A DNA stretch of 64,000 nt from Longimicrobiales bacterium (GCA_965197725.1 CBDANQ010000061.1:1-64000); one strand, 5' to 3'. Positions 1 to 11,247 are shown, counted from the first letter of the stretch. The notes: generated by a model from the sequence alone, not told the origin. Numbers and translations: made by a program.

Positions 1-3000
1 GACTTCCGCGGCCACTACATCGATCGGCTGGAGATTCCCCAGGGTCGGTTCCGCATTCCGCCCAAGGAGTTGGAGGAGATGCTCCCGCAGCAGCTCCTCA
101 TGCTCAACGTCATGGCGAACGCCATCGAAGACTCGGGCTTCGAGGCCCAAGAGCGGCTACGCTCCGGCGTCTTCATCGGCATCGCGCTCGACCTCAACAC
201 AACGAACTTCCATTTCCGCTGGGCGGCGGACGAGAGCGTCCGCGACAACACTGTGCCGCCCCTTACGGCCAACCGCACCATGGGGGCGTTGGGGGGCATC
301 GTCGCCAGCCGCATCGCTCGGGAGTTCCGCGTCGGTGGTCCCAGCTACACGATCTCCAGCGAGGAGACGTCGGGCATGCGTGCGCTGGAGGTCGCAGTCC
401 GCGCGCTTCAGGCACGTGAGCTGGACAGCTGCCTCGTAGGCGCCGTGGATCTCGCCGGAGACGTGCGCGCGGTGCTCGCGACTCACGCACTCCACCACTA
501 CTCGGCAAGCGGGCGCGCGCGTCCCTTCGACGCGGACGCGGATGGCGCGGTGGTGGGCGAGGGAGCCGCCGCGGTGGTGCTCAAACGCTTGGAGGACGCG
601 GAACGCGACGGTGACCGAATCTACGCCGTGATCCGCGGATTCGGCGCGAACTCGGGGGGCTCGGCCCAGCGGCCCATGGCCACGCCCGACACGTATTCGC
701 GAGCCCTCGCGCGCGCCTACGAAGAGGCGGATCTCCATCCATCCCTGGTCGGCTACGTCGAGACGCACGGAAGCGGGAACCACATCGAGGACCGCATCGA
801 GACCGAGGCGCTCTGCTCGTTCTTCTCTCCACGCCACATGGCGCCCGTGCGCCATCTCGGCAGCGTGAAGGCCGACGTGGGTCACGCCGGCCGCCGCCGC
901 GGCGCTCGCCTCGACGGTCAAGACGGCACTCTGCCTCTACCAGGAGGTGCTGCCGCCCGTGCGCGGGCTACGCTCGGTGCGGGCTGACCTTTCGCCCAGA
1001 GATTTCCTTCTCGCGAGGGAGCCCCAATACTGGCTGAGAAACCGTGCCGACGGCCCCCGCCGCGCTGGTGTCAGCGCTCTGGGTGTGGACGGAGGCTGCT
1101 GCCACCTCGTGCTCGAGGAGCACGAGGATAGCAAGGGCGCGGCCACGCTCCCGGAGCGGCGCCAACCCCTCGGTGCGCGCAGCGAGGCGCTCTTCGCCGT
1201 GGAAGGCGACGACGTCTCCCTGCTGGGAGCGCGGCTCGCCGCTCTCGCAGCCCACGCGCGCCAGGAGGCCGAGCCCATCGAGCTGCTCGCGCGTGACTGG
1301 TTCCGCAAGGTGGGACAGAGTCCAGCCGCCAAACTCGGCCTGTCCCTCGTGGCGCGCTCCCGCGAGGAACTGCTGCGCCTTGCGGACGCGGCGGGCGCCA
1401 TGCTGCGCGGTGAGGCCGACGACAGCGCGTTGTCGGAGTCGAACCGCATCCTGTGGAACTCCCACCCTCTGGGCGGGCGCGGTAAACTCGCCTTCGTCTT
1501 TCCGGGCTCGGGCAATCACTACACCGGCATGGGGCGCGAGTTGGCGGCAGAGTGGCCGGAGATTGCTCGCAGGCAAGACGCTGAGACGCTCTACCTTCCG
1601 CAACAGCTCCTGCCCGACCGCTTCTGGAACGCGTCGTCCAGCAAAGATCTGGGCGATGACGAGCGGGCGTTCATCATCGCCCAGGTCGCGCTGGGCACGG
1701 TAGTTTCCGACCTGGTGCGCTCCTTCGGCGTCGAGCCTGGCAGCGTACTGGGCTACAGCCTCGGAGAACCCGCCGGACTCTTCTCGCTACGCGCTTGGCG
1801 CGACCGGGAGATGATGCTCGCTCGCCTCATGGAGAGCTCCCTCTTCACCGACGACTTGGCGGGCCGCTGCGACAGTATTCGCAGAAGCTGGGGCTTGACG
1901 GAGTACGAGGAGGTGGACTGGGTCACCGGCGTGGTGGATCGCGCGGCGGGGGCGGTGCGTGGCGTGCTCGACGCGGAGGAACGCGTCTACCTCCTCATCA
2001 TTAACACGCCGGCGGAGTGCGTCATTGGAGGAGACCGCAGGCGGGTGGCCGCCGTGGTGGATGCCCTGCACTGCAACTTCCACGCGCTCGAGGGCGTGCC
2101 CACGGTGCACTGCGCGGTGGCCGAGCCTGTGGCCACGGAGTACCACGACTTCCACCTCTTCCCGACGACGGCTCCGGCCGGAGTGCGCTTCTTCAGCGCC
2201 GCGGCGGGAGACGTCTACGATGTGACCCGGGAGAGCGCGGCCGGCAGCATTCTCGAGCAAGCCCGTGAGGGGCTTCGACTTCCCGAGGCTCATCGAGCGG
2301 GCGTACGAGCAGGGCGTCCGCCTTTTCCTGGAGATGGGCCCGGGCTCCTCGTGCACGCGCATGATCGCGCGCATCCTCGAGGGCCGCCCACATGTAGCTC
2401 AGTCTGCGCTGAGCGCTCACCAGGGTGACGTGTCTTCGCTGCTGCATCTGCTGGGTCGGCTCATCGCTGAGCGGGTCCACGTGGACCTACATCCTCTCTA
2501 CGGCATCGAGACCAGAGCGCTCGGCCATCGCAGCGTCCTGCGCGAGGGCTCGTCGGCACTGAGGATCCCCATCGGTGGCGACCCTTTCCATATACGCTGG
2601 CGTGGTCCGCGGATGGAGCCGGCGGCGCCCGAGACGCAGCCCTCTCCTGTGCCCGCCTCCGCTCCGGTGGTCGCAGCGGGGCCGACAGCCACGCACGCCC
2701 CTATGCCAACTGTGCCAGCAGCGCCGGCCGCGGCGGCCTTCGCCCCGGCAGCCGCGCTGATTGCGTCTCCGGCTCGGGCGTCCGGATCCGTGCCGCTCGC
2801 TGCCGACCCGACACTGTTGGCGGGGCTGAGCACCTCGAGCGAGGCCCGGGCGCGAGCGCATGGCACCTACCTGCGCGCCGCCCGCGAGCTCGACCGCGCG
2901 CTGCAGGAGACGGCCGCCCTCCAGTTCCGGCTTGCCGAGCAGCTGTTGGCTGCGCCGGGGGATGCCCGACCGCCGACTACACTCGACCGCGAGGCGTGCC

Positions 3001-5282
3001 TGGAGTTCGCGGTCGGGTCCATCGGCAACGTGCTGGGAGAGTCGTACGCGTCCATCGACGAACACGCCACGCGAGTGCGCCTGCCGGACGAGCCGCTCAT
3101 GCTGGTGGACCGCATCCTCAGCATCGAGGGCGAGCCGCACTCGATGAGCGGCGGACGGATCGTCACGGAGCACGACGTAGGCGCACGCCCCTGGTACCTG
3201 AGCTGCGGCGCGATCCCGACATGCATCGCCGTCGAGTCCGGACAGGCCGACCTCTTTCTGGCCGGCTGGCTGGGCATCGACGCACAGACGGACGGTCTGG
3301 CCGTGTATCGCCTCCTGGATGCGGTGGTGACGTTTCACGACCATCTGCCGGAAGCGGGCAAAGTCATCCGGTACGACATCAGCATCGAGCGCTTCTTCCG
3401 CCAGGGTGAGACGTGGCTCTTCAACTTCGCCTTCGAGGCGACGGTGGACGGCCGTCCGCTGCTATCCATGCGCGAAGGCTGCGCGGGCTTCTTCACGATC
3501 GAGGAACTCGAGGCGGGCCAGGGCATCGTGCGAACGAAGATCGACCAGCAGCCCCGGCCGGGTGTTCTGCCGGAGGGCTGGACCAACCTCGCGCCTATGC
3601 GGGCCGGCGACTTCTACGACGACGAGCAGATCGCGGCGTTGCGTCGGGGGGACCTCGTGGCGTGCTTCGGTCCGGCCTTCGCGAAACTGCCTATCGGCAC
3701 GCCGGAGACGCTGCCCAGTGGGCTCATGGAGCTGGTGCAGCGGGTGACCCACCTGGATCCCGAGGGCGGCCGCTTCGGCATCGGAATGATCCGCGCGGAA
3801 GCGGACATCCAACCCGACGACTGGTTCCTGACCTGCCACTTCAGCGACGACATGGTCATGCCGGGCACCCTCATGTACGAGTGCTGTCTGCACACGCTGC
3901 GCATCTACCTGCTGCGCATGGGGTGGGTGGGAGAAGAGGGTAAGGTCCGGTACGAGCCGGTGCCCGGCGTGAAGAGCCGTCTCAAGTGCCGTGGCCAGGT
4001 CATCCAGACCACGCAGCGCGTCACGTATGAGATCGAGGTCAAAGAGCTCGGCTACCGGCCGGAACCCTACGCCATCTTCGACGCGCTCATGTACGCCGAC
4101 GGGAGGCCCGTGGTCGAGATCGTGGACATGTCCATGCGGCTCACGGGCCTCGGGCGCGAGGACGTGGAGGCGCTCTGGCACGCCCGTGAAAAACGTGTGC
4201 TCTACGACCAGGAGTCCATCCTGGCCTTCGCCATCGGCAAGCCTTCGGACGCGTTCGGTGACCGCTATCTGCCCTTCGACGAGGACCGGACTATCGCCCG
4301 CCTGCCGGGCCCGCCCTACGCCTTCATGGACCGTGTCGTAGACACCGTGGGTTCGGCCTGGGACCTGGAGGCCGGCGCCGCGGCCACGGTGGAGTACGAC
4401 GTGCCGACAGACGGCTGGTATTTCGAGTCCAACCGCCAGGCGGATATGCCCTTCGCTGTACTGCTGGAGGTGGCGCTGCAACCGTGCGGCTGGCTGGCCG
4501 CGTATTGCGGCTCGGCTCTGACGAGTGAGACGGACCTGCGCTTCAGGAATCTGGGGGGACGCGCGGTCCAGAGGCGGGTTGTGCGCCCGGACTCCGGTAC
4601 GCTCACCACCGGGGTGTGGCTGACGGACGTGTCCCACTCGGGCGGCATGATCATCGAGCGCTTCGACATGCGCATGACCGACGAGCAGGGTGTGGTCTTC
4701 GAGGGCGATACCTACTTTGGCTTCTTCAGCGCGGAGTCCCTGGCCGACCAGATCGGCATGCGAGAGGCGCAGAAGTACGAGCTCACCGAGGCCGAGATGA
4801 CTCACGCCGTCAGCTTCGATTACCCTACCGAGGCGCCCCATCCCGACCAGGGCTTCCGCATGCTCGCGAACATCGACGTGCTTCTGCGCGAGGGTGGGCC
4901 CCACGGCCTCGGCTTCGTCCGGGGGAGCATCCCTGTGGATTCTGAGGCGTGGTTCTTCAAGGCACATTTCATGCAAGACCCCGTGTGGCCGGGCTCCTTG
5001 GGGTGCGAATCCTTCCTCCAGCTTCTCAAGGCGTACGCCGCGGACCGGTGGCACGTCGCCGCCGACGCGGCTTGGCGGACGAACGGCCTCGGACGTGAGC
5101 ACAACTGGACCTACCGTGGCCAGGTGCTGCCCACCGACGGGAAGGTCGAGGTGGAAGCGGTCATCACCGAGGTGGACGATGACGCTCGCCGCGTGATCGC
5201 GTCCGGACACCTCACCGTGGACGGCCGCACCATTTACCACATGGGCGACTTCAGCGTCGAGATCGTGCGGGAATCCGAATGA
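1..5282 (+). CDS. PUFA synthase PfaB/C-type multidomain protein (CLF-like KS - AT - DH'-DH-DH'-DH), 5' partial, two apparent 1-bp frameshifts (~891, ~2270)
   Basis: KS-like ORF open from base 1, with SSEETSG in place of the catalytic Cys (CLF-like), ETHGSG and GSVKADVGH; AT with FVFPGSG and GYSLGE; FabA-like WFLTCHFSDDMVMPGTLMYE and WFFKAHFMQDPVWPGSLG. Removing one base at each site joins ORFs 70-987, 947-2428 and 2265-5282. Confidence 0.9.
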
Positions 5283-6334
5283 GGTATGACAAGGTTCATC
5301 TCGAGGCCATCGGCTACGAGCTCGCGCCTGTCGTCGTCACGTCCGACGAGCTCGAGGAGCGGCTCGAGCCGCTTTACAAGCGTCTGCACGTCTCGGAGGG
5401 CTCTCTCGAGGCGCTCACTGGCATCAAGGAGCGTCGTTGGTGGGAGCCGAACCATTCGCTGTCCAGTAGCGCGGCGGCGGCGGCGAAGAAGGCTCTCGCC
5501 AAATCCGGAGTCCCCGCCGAGGCTCTGGAAACGGTGGTGTATGCCGGAGTCTGCCGCGAGAACTTCGAGCCTGCCACCGCATGCGCGGTGGCCGTGGAGT
5601 TGGGCGTGCAGGGCGCCGCGTCCGTCTACGACATCAGCAACGCGTGCCTCGGTATCCTCAACGGTATTCACGAGATCGCCAACCGGATCGAGCTGGGCCA
5701 GATTCGCGCCGGCATCGTCGTCTCGGCCGAAACCGCGAGAGAGATCGTGGACGTGACCATCGAGCGCATGCTGCGCGAAGCCACGATGGCTACCTACACC
5801 GAGGGCCTGGCCACGCTCACTGGCGGCTCCGGCGCGGTCGCGGTGCTCATCACCGATGGCTCCTTCGGCAACGAGGGTACGCACCGCGTGCTCGGAGGCG
5901 CGCAGCGCGCGTCTCCCGAGCACAATGATCTGTGCCGCTGGGGCCTCGCCGACGCATCTACCCTGCACCCCGCCGAGCCGCTGCCGCAGCGGATGTACAC
6001 CGCTGCCGCGTCGGTCCTGCAGCACGGCGTCACGCTGGCGAACGAGACGTGGCGTGACTTCCTGGGTCAGATGGACTGGGAGGCCAACCACGTGGACCGG
6101 GTGATCTGCCACCAGGTGGGCGCGGCTCACAGGGACACGATCCTCGCGTCAATCGGCATCGCCGCGGAGAAGGACTTCTCGACCTTCCCCTACCTGGGCA
6201 ACGTCGGCACCGTGTCGCTCCCGCTGACCGCCGCGCTGGCGGAGGAGAGAGAGGCCATCGGACCGGGCGACCGCGTGGCCTTCCTGGGTATCGGAAGTGG
6301 GCTGAACTGCATGATGCTCGGAGTGGAGTGGTAG
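5279..6334 (+). CDS. oleA: OleA, thiolase/KAS III-fold head-to-head acyl condensing enzyme
   Basis: Motifs ENFEPATA, DISNACLG, ICHQVG, YLGNVG, LGIGSGLN; ATGA overlap with the pfa stop; first of the oleABCD order. Confidence 0.9.
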   Translation: MRYDKVHLEAIGYELAPVVVTSDELEERLEPLYKRLHVSEGSLEALTGIKERRWWEPNHSLSSSAAAAAKKALAKSGVPAEALETVVYAGVCRENFEPATACAVAVELGVQGAASVYDISNACLGILNGIHEIANRIELGQIRAGIVVSAETAREIVDVTIERMLREATMATYTEGLATLTGGSGAVAVLITDGSFGNEGTHRVLGGAQRASPEHNDLCRWGLADASTLHPAEPLPQRMYTAAASVLQHGVTLANETWRDFLGQMDWEANHVDRVICHQVGAAHRDTILASIGIAAEKDFSTFPYLGNVGTVSLPLTAALAEEREAIGPGDRVAFLGIGSGLNCMMLGVEW

Positions 6335-6336
6335 GC

Positions 6337-7233
6337 GTGGAGCCGCCATTCGAGGACTTTCCTTTCGAAGGCCGCTTCCTGAATCTCGACGGCGTCGGCA
6401 TGCACTACTTGGACGAGGGTGCGGGTCCCCCCGTGCTCATGGTGCACGGCAACCCCACCTGGTCGTACTACTACCGCCATCTGGTGCTCGCGCTGCGGGA
6501 CACACACAGGGTCATCGTGCCCGACCACGTCGGGTGCGGACTCTCGGACAAGCCGGATGACGACTCCTACCCGTACCGCCTCGAACGCCGGGTGCAGGAC
6601 CTAGAGCGCCTCGTCGACCACGCGGAGCTGGACGGGAAGATCACGCTCGTGGTGCACGACTGGGGGGGCATGATCGGCATGGCCTGGGCCACGCGTCACC
6701 CCGAACGAATCGAGCGCCTGGTGATCTTGAACACCGCAGCCTTCCATCTACCCGCCGGCAAGCGAGTGCCGCTCTCTCTGCGCCTCTCCCGGTCGGCGCT
6801 CGGAGGCTTCCTCGTGCGCGGGCTCAACCTGTTCAGCCGCGGTGCCCTCCGGTACAGCGTCAAGCGGCGACGGCTCACAAGGGGTGAGCGCAGCGCCTAC
6901 CTGGCGCCGTACGATTCATGGGATCATCGCCTGGCCGTGCACCGCTTCATCCAGGACATCCCTCTCCGACCCGCCGACCCGGGGTACGAGGTCGTGAGCG
7001 AGGTCCAGGCGGGCCTGGAGCACTTCAGGGACACTCCGACCCTGCTGCTCTGGGGCCTGCGTGACTTCGTCTTCGACGCGGACTACCTGAAGGAGTGGGA
7101 GCTGCGAATGCCCCACGCCAGGACGCACACGTATGAGCGGGCCGGCCACTACGTACTGGAGGACGCCCGCGACGAGGTGCGCTCGCTCGTGGAGGCGTTC
7201 GTGGCCGAAGCGCCTATGGCGGAGCCTTCGTGA
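6337..7233 (+). CDS. oleB: OleB, haloalkane-dehalogenase-like alpha/beta hydrolase (beta-lactone decarboxylase)
   Basis: VHGNPTWS, VHDWGG nucleophile motif, AGHYVLED; lies between oleA and oleC. Confidence 0.88.
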   Translation: MEPPFEDFPFEGRFLNLDGVGMHYLDEGAGPPVLMVHGNPTWSYYYRHLVLALRDTHRVIVPDHVGCGLSDKPDDDSYPYRLERRVQDLERLVDHAELDGKITLVVHDWGGMIGMAWATRHPERIERLVILNTAAFHLPAGKRVPLSLRLSRSALGGFLVRGLNLFSRGALRYSVKRRRLTRGERSAYLAPYDSWDHRLAVHRFIQDIPLRPADPGYEVVSEVQAGLEHFRDTPTLLLWGLRDFVFDADYLKEWELRMPHARTHTYERAGHYVLEDARDEVRSLVEAFVAEAPMAEPS

Positions 7234-8867
7234 AGACGACGTCGACCAACATCGCCGCCGCGCTGCCGAACATGGCCGCGCTCCAGCCCGATAGAATGGC
7301 GGTCGCGTGGCCCGACGGCCGAGGCGGATTCCGTGAGCGCACTTTTCGCGAGCTGGACGAGGACAGCAGCCGCCTCGCTGCAGCGCTGACGGCATACGGC
7401 ATCGGACACGGCACGCGCACCGTCCTGATGGCGCCACCGAGCTGGGACTTCTTCGCGCTCACGTTCGCACTCTTCAAGGCGGGCATCGTTCCGGTGATGG
7501 TGGACCCCGGCATGGGTCTCAGGAGCTTGAAGGCGTGCCTCTCAGAAGCGGAGCCGGAGGCCTTCATCGGCACGCCCAAAGCCCACGCGGCACGCATAGT
7601 ACTGGGCTGGGGCAAGGACACGATCCGGCTGCGGGTCACCGCCGGGCGCAGGCTCTCTTGGGGCGGAACGACGCTCGCGAAGCTGCGCGCCAGCACCTCC
7701 GATCTCATGGAGCCGGTCGAGACGTCGGAGGACGACGTCGCCGCGATCTTGTTCACGAGCGGCTCCACCGGCGTGCCCAAGGGCGCCGTCTACACCCACG
7801 GGAATTTCCTGGCCCAGGTGGAGCTGCTGCGGGAGACGTACGGGATAGAGCCGGGGGAGGTCGACCTACCCACCTTCCCGCTGTTCGCGCTGTTCGATCC
7901 TGCGCTGGGCATGAGCGCGGTCATCCCGGAGATGGACCCCGCACGTCCGGCGAACGTGGATCCGGAGAAGATCCTCGCCACCATCCAGAGGTACGGCGTC
8001 ACCAATACGTTCGGCTCACCGGCGCTTCTGCACCGGGTGGCAAGCTACGGCGCCGCGCACGACGTAAAGCTTCCGACTCTCCGTCGAGTAATCTCGGCAG
8101 GGGCCCCGGCGCAGCCCACGGTGCTGGAACGCTTCAGCCGCATGCTTCCCGAGGGCACACAAATCCATACGCCCTACGGCGCGACCGAGGCGCTGCCTGT
8201 CAGCTCCATGGGGAGCCGAGCCATCCTCGCGGAGACCTCCGCCCAGACGATTCTGGGCCGAGGCGTCTGTGTGGGCCTTCCGGTGAAGCGTATAGACGTA
8301 CGCGTCATTGGGATCGACGACGAGCCGATCCCGACCTGGTCCGACGATCTGGAACTTCCCACCGGAGAGGTGGGGGAGTTCACCGTGAAGGGAAGCCAAG
8401 TGACTCGCGCATACTACGGGCGGAATCACGCCACCGCGCTGGCGAAGATCGAGGATCCCGAAGGCGGTTTTTGGCACCGCATGGGGGACGTGGGCTACGT
8501 GGACGAGCAGGGACGACTCTGGTTCTGCGGCCGGAAGGCCCACCGGGTCGAGCTCGAAGGCGAGACCCTCTACTCACTGCAGTGCGAGGGGGTCTTCAAT
8601 GCCCACCCGGACGTGTACCGGACCGCGTTGGTTGGCGTCGAGCGCGATGGACGCACGCTTCCCGTGCTCTGCGTGGAGCTGCTCAAGGACCACCCCGTGG
8701 ACCGCGCCAAAACGGAAGCAGAGCTGCGCGCCACCGCCGCCGGCAACGAGCGGACGCGCAGCATCGACACGTTCCTCTTCCATGCTGGCTTCCCCGTGGA
8801 CATCCGCCACAACGCGAAGATCTTCCGCGAGAAGCTGGCCGTCTGGGCTAGAAGCCAGCTCTCGTGA
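7230..8867 (+). CDS. oleC: OleC, AMP-dependent ligase family beta-lactone synthetase
   Basis: FTSGSTGVPKG, TPYGATE, HRMGD and C-terminal FPVDIRHNAKIFREKL; GTGA overlap with oleB. Confidence 0.9.
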   Translation: MKTTSTNIAAALPNMAALQPDRMAVAWPDGRGGFRERTFRELDEDSSRLAAALTAYGIGHGTRTVLMAPPSWDFFALTFALFKAGIVPVMVDPGMGLRSLKACLSEAEPEAFIGTPKAHAARIVLGWGKDTIRLRVTAGRRLSWGGTTLAKLRASTSDLMEPVETSEDDVAAILFTSGSTGVPKGAVYTHGNFLAQVELLRETYGIEPGEVDLPTFPLFALFDPALGMSAVIPEMDPARPANVDPEKILATIQRYGVTNTFGSPALLHRVASYGAAHDVKLPTLRRVISAGAPAQPTVLERFSRMLPEGTQIHTPYGATEALPVSSMGSRAILAETSAQTILGRGVCVGLPVKRIDVRVIGIDDEPIPTWSDDLELPTGEVGEFTVKGSQVTRAYYGRNHATALAKIEDPEGGFWHRMGDVGYVDEQGRLWFCGRKAHRVELEGETLYSLQCEGVFNAHPDVYRTALVGVERDGRTLPVLCVELLKDHPVDRAKTEAELRATAAGNERTRSIDTFLFHAGFPVDIRHNAKIFREKLAVWARSQLS

Positions 8868-9850
8868 AGGCCCTCGTCACCGGAGGGGGAGGCTTTCTGG
8901 GCATGGCCATCGTGCGCAATCTGCGCGCGCGTGGCGACGAGGTGCGCAGCTTCTCGCGGGGCGCCTACCCTACCCTCGAGCAGCTCGGCGTCGAGAGCGT
9001 GCGTGGAGACCTCGCCGACGAAGCAGCAGTCCTGCGGGCAGCCCGCGGTTGCGACATCGTCTTCCACGTAGCGGCTAAGGCCGGGGTGTGGGGCCTCACG
9101 GAGTCGTACCACCGCGCCAACGTGGTCGGCACCGATCACGTGCTGAAGGCGTGCTCCGCGGAAGCCATCCAGCGTCTCGTGTATACCAGCACGCCCAGCG
9201 TGACCTTCGTCGGCACCGACCAGGTTGGCGTGGACGAGAGCGCACCGTACGCGAAGCGCTACCTGAGCGACTACCCCCGCACGAAGTCGATCGCCGAGCG
9301 CCGGGTGCTCGAGAGCAACGGTGCCGCTCTCGCCACCGTCGCGCTGCGTCCGCACCTCATCTGGGGCCCCGACGATCCGCATCTGGTGCCGCGCATCCTC
9401 GAGAGGGCCCGATCCGGTAGGCTGCGCCTCCTGGGGGACCGGCCCAACGAGGTCGACTCGGTCTATGTCGACAACGCGGCCGATGCGCACGTGCTGGCAG
9501 CCGATCGACTCGCGCCGGGCTCTGCCATCGCCGGTAAGGCGTACTTCATCTCGCAGGGCGAGCCCTTGCCGCTCGCGGACCTACTGAACCGCATCCTCGC
9601 GGCGGGAGGCCTGCCACCCGTGGAGCGGCGGATTCCGGCGGGCGTCGCGTATTTTCTGGGCGCGCTGTTGGAGAGCGTCTACGGACTCCTGGGTATCCAG
9701 GACGAGCCCCCCTTTACCCGCTTCGTGGCGCTCCAGCTCTCCACTGCGCACTGGTTCGACATCTCGGCGGCGCGCCGAGACCTGGGCTACGAGCCGGCCA
9801 TCAGTCTCGAGGAGGGCATGCAGCGGCTCGCGGCGTCACTGCGTGCTTAG
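8864..9850 (+). CDS. oleD: OleD, 3-beta-HSD-like NAD(P)H-dependent 2-alkyl-3-oxoalkanoate reductase
   Basis: TGGGGFLG, YTSTPSV, YPRTK (YxxxK), LRPHLIWGP; GTGA overlap with oleC. Confidence 0.9.
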   Translation: MKALVTGGGGFLGMAIVRNLRARGDEVRSFSRGAYPTLEQLGVESVRGDLADEAAVLRAARGCDIVFHVAAKAGVWGLTESYHRANVVGTDHVLKACSAEAIQRLVYTSTPSVTFVGTDQVGVDESAPYAKRYLSDYPRTKSIAERRVLESNGAALATVALRPHLIWGPDDPHLVPRILERARSGRLRLLGDRPNEVDSVYVDNAADAHVLAADRLAPGSAIAGKAYFISQGEPLPLADLLNRILAAGGLPPVERRIPAGVAYFLGALLESVYGLLGIQDEPPFTRFVALQLSTAHWFDISAARRDLGYEPAISLEEGMQRLAASLRA

Positions 9851-9851
9851 C

Positions 9852-10538
9852 ATGAAGCCAAGAGGAGTGCCCGCCCCCGAAGGCATCGAGCTCTGGCTCG
9901 TCGAGGGCCCCGCGACAGAGTCGGAGCGCGCGGTCCTGTACGACCTGCTCACTGAGGACGAGCGTGCTCGAGCCTCCGGCTTCAAGGTCGAGCACGCCCG
10001 CGCCTCCTTCATCGTGTCCCGGGGCTTCCTGCGCACGATCCTGGGTGACGCACTCGCGTGCGCGCCGGAGGCCATTCGCTTCGGCGAGGGAGAGCACGGC
10101 AAGCCGTTCCTCACCGGCGCGCACGCCGAGAGCGGCATCGAGTTCAACGTCTCCCACTCCGGCGACGTCTTCCTCTACGCCGTGTCGCGGGGTCGAGCGG
10201 TGGGTGTGGACGTGGAGCGGAAGAAGGAGGGCCTGGCGGTGGAGACCATAGCCCGGCGCTACTTCGCCCCGGAGGAGGCTCGCCGCCTCCTCGAGCAAGC
10301 GCCCTACGAGGACCGGTTACCCAGCTTCTACCGCTGCTGGACCCGTAAGGAGGCGTACCTGAAGGCCAGAGGCACTGGCCTGACTACGAAGCTCCACGCT
10401 GTCGAGGTCACGTTCCTCCCCGGCGTCCCGCCCGCGATGCTGCACACGGAGATCGACGGTGAGGATCCCACCGACTGGCAGGTCTTCGAAGTACCGGTGC
10501 CCGATGGCTCCGTCGCCGCCTTGGTGGCACAACGCTAG
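9852..10538 (+). CDS. Sfp-type 4'-phosphopantetheinyl transferase (PfaE-like)
   Basis: HGKP, FNVSHSG, VGVDVE, WTRKEAYLKARG motifs; ends the pfa-ole operon. Confidence 0.92.
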   Translation: MKPRGVPAPEGIELWLVEGPATESERAVLYDLLTEDERARASGFKVEHARASFIVSRGFLRTILGDALACAPEAIRFGEGEHGKPFLTGAHAESGIEFNVSHSGDVFLYAVSRGRAVGVDVERKKEGLAVETIARRYFAPEEARRLLEQAPYEDRLPSFYRCWTRKEAYLKARGTGLTTKLHAVEVTFLPGVPPAMLHTEIDGEDPTDWQVFEVPVPDGSVAALVAQR

Positions 10539-10715
10539 GCAGCCCGTATCCCGAGCCGTGGGCTCATCCGACGGCCGAGTGAAAGCCCCACCCAGGCAAG
10601 GCCTGCATAGACACCTGGATCAGTGCCAATGCCACAATGGCGGGATGTCCCGCGAGAGTGCGCGGGGTGCTCAGTGATACCACGCCACCCGCGGCGTCTG
10701 GCGCCACACCAGAAC

Positions 10716-10743
10716 GGGCCGCCCCGACGAATCGGAGCGGCCC
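10716..10743. terminator. GC-rich hairpin between convergent PPTase and cold-shock genes
   Basis: GGGCCGCCCCGA-CGAA-TCGGAGCGGCCC inverted repeat just past the csp stop; no strong U-tract. Confidence 0.45.
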
Positions 10744-10767
10744 GCGTAGTACGCTTTCGACTGCCGT

Positions 10768-10974
10768 CTAGAGAGCGACGACATTCTCCGCTGCGGGGCC
10801 TTTGGCTCCCTCAACGACGTCGAACTCGACCTGGCCTCCCTCGGCGAGGCTCTTGAAGCCCTCTGCCTGAATCGCGCTGTGGTGGACGAAACAGTCCTTG
10901 CTACCGTCCTCCGGCGTGATGAATCCAAAGCCTTTTTGGTCGTTGAACCACTTGACTGTTCCCTTGGTACGCAT
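10768..10974 (-). CDS. Cold-shock protein, CspA family
   Basis: [32 protein letters not shown]. Confidence 0.97.
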   Translation of the reverse strand: MRTKGTVKWFNDQKGFGFITPEDGSKDCFVHHSAIQAEGFKSLAEGGQVEFDVVEGAKGPAAENVVAL

Positions 10975-11077
10975 CAATGCGCTCCTTGGATGTGCAAGTC
11001 GGAGCCACGATGATACGTACTTCCCGACTGCTTGATATGCGCGGAACCTCCGCGCGGTGTGTGACCGTCGTGGTCAC

Positions 11078-11116
11078 AAAAAAAAGGCAGCGGTCTCCAA
11101 GAACGAAACAGCTGCC
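11078..11116 (-). terminator. Intrinsic terminator-like hairpin plus 8-T tract upstream of the csp gene
   Basis: Minus strand GGCAGCTGTTTC-GTTCTTG-GAGACCGCTGCC followed by TTTTTTTT. Confidence 0.6.
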
Positions 11117-11247
11117 CCTCCTCAGAATCTGTGCTACCCCGCTCGGGTTATGACAACACCCTCGCTCCTCGCGAGGGCGCTGTCAACAGGCTGGTGGAAG
11201 AAGACCGAATCGCCGTCCAATCGCTTCTGTGCTTCCGCTGCGCCCAG

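Noticed and set aside
3462..5240. Long antisense ORFs (e.g. 592 aa here; also 29072-30250, 42762-43928, 55603-56814)
   Set aside because: Shadow frames of real high-GC genes; no family motifs.
6337..7233. Haloalkane dehalogenase
   Set aside because: Same fold, but its position within oleA-C-D supports OleB.
10540..10700. Ribozyme or group II intron fragment after the PPTase
   Set aside because: Only short hairpins; no complete hammerhead core or intron domain V.
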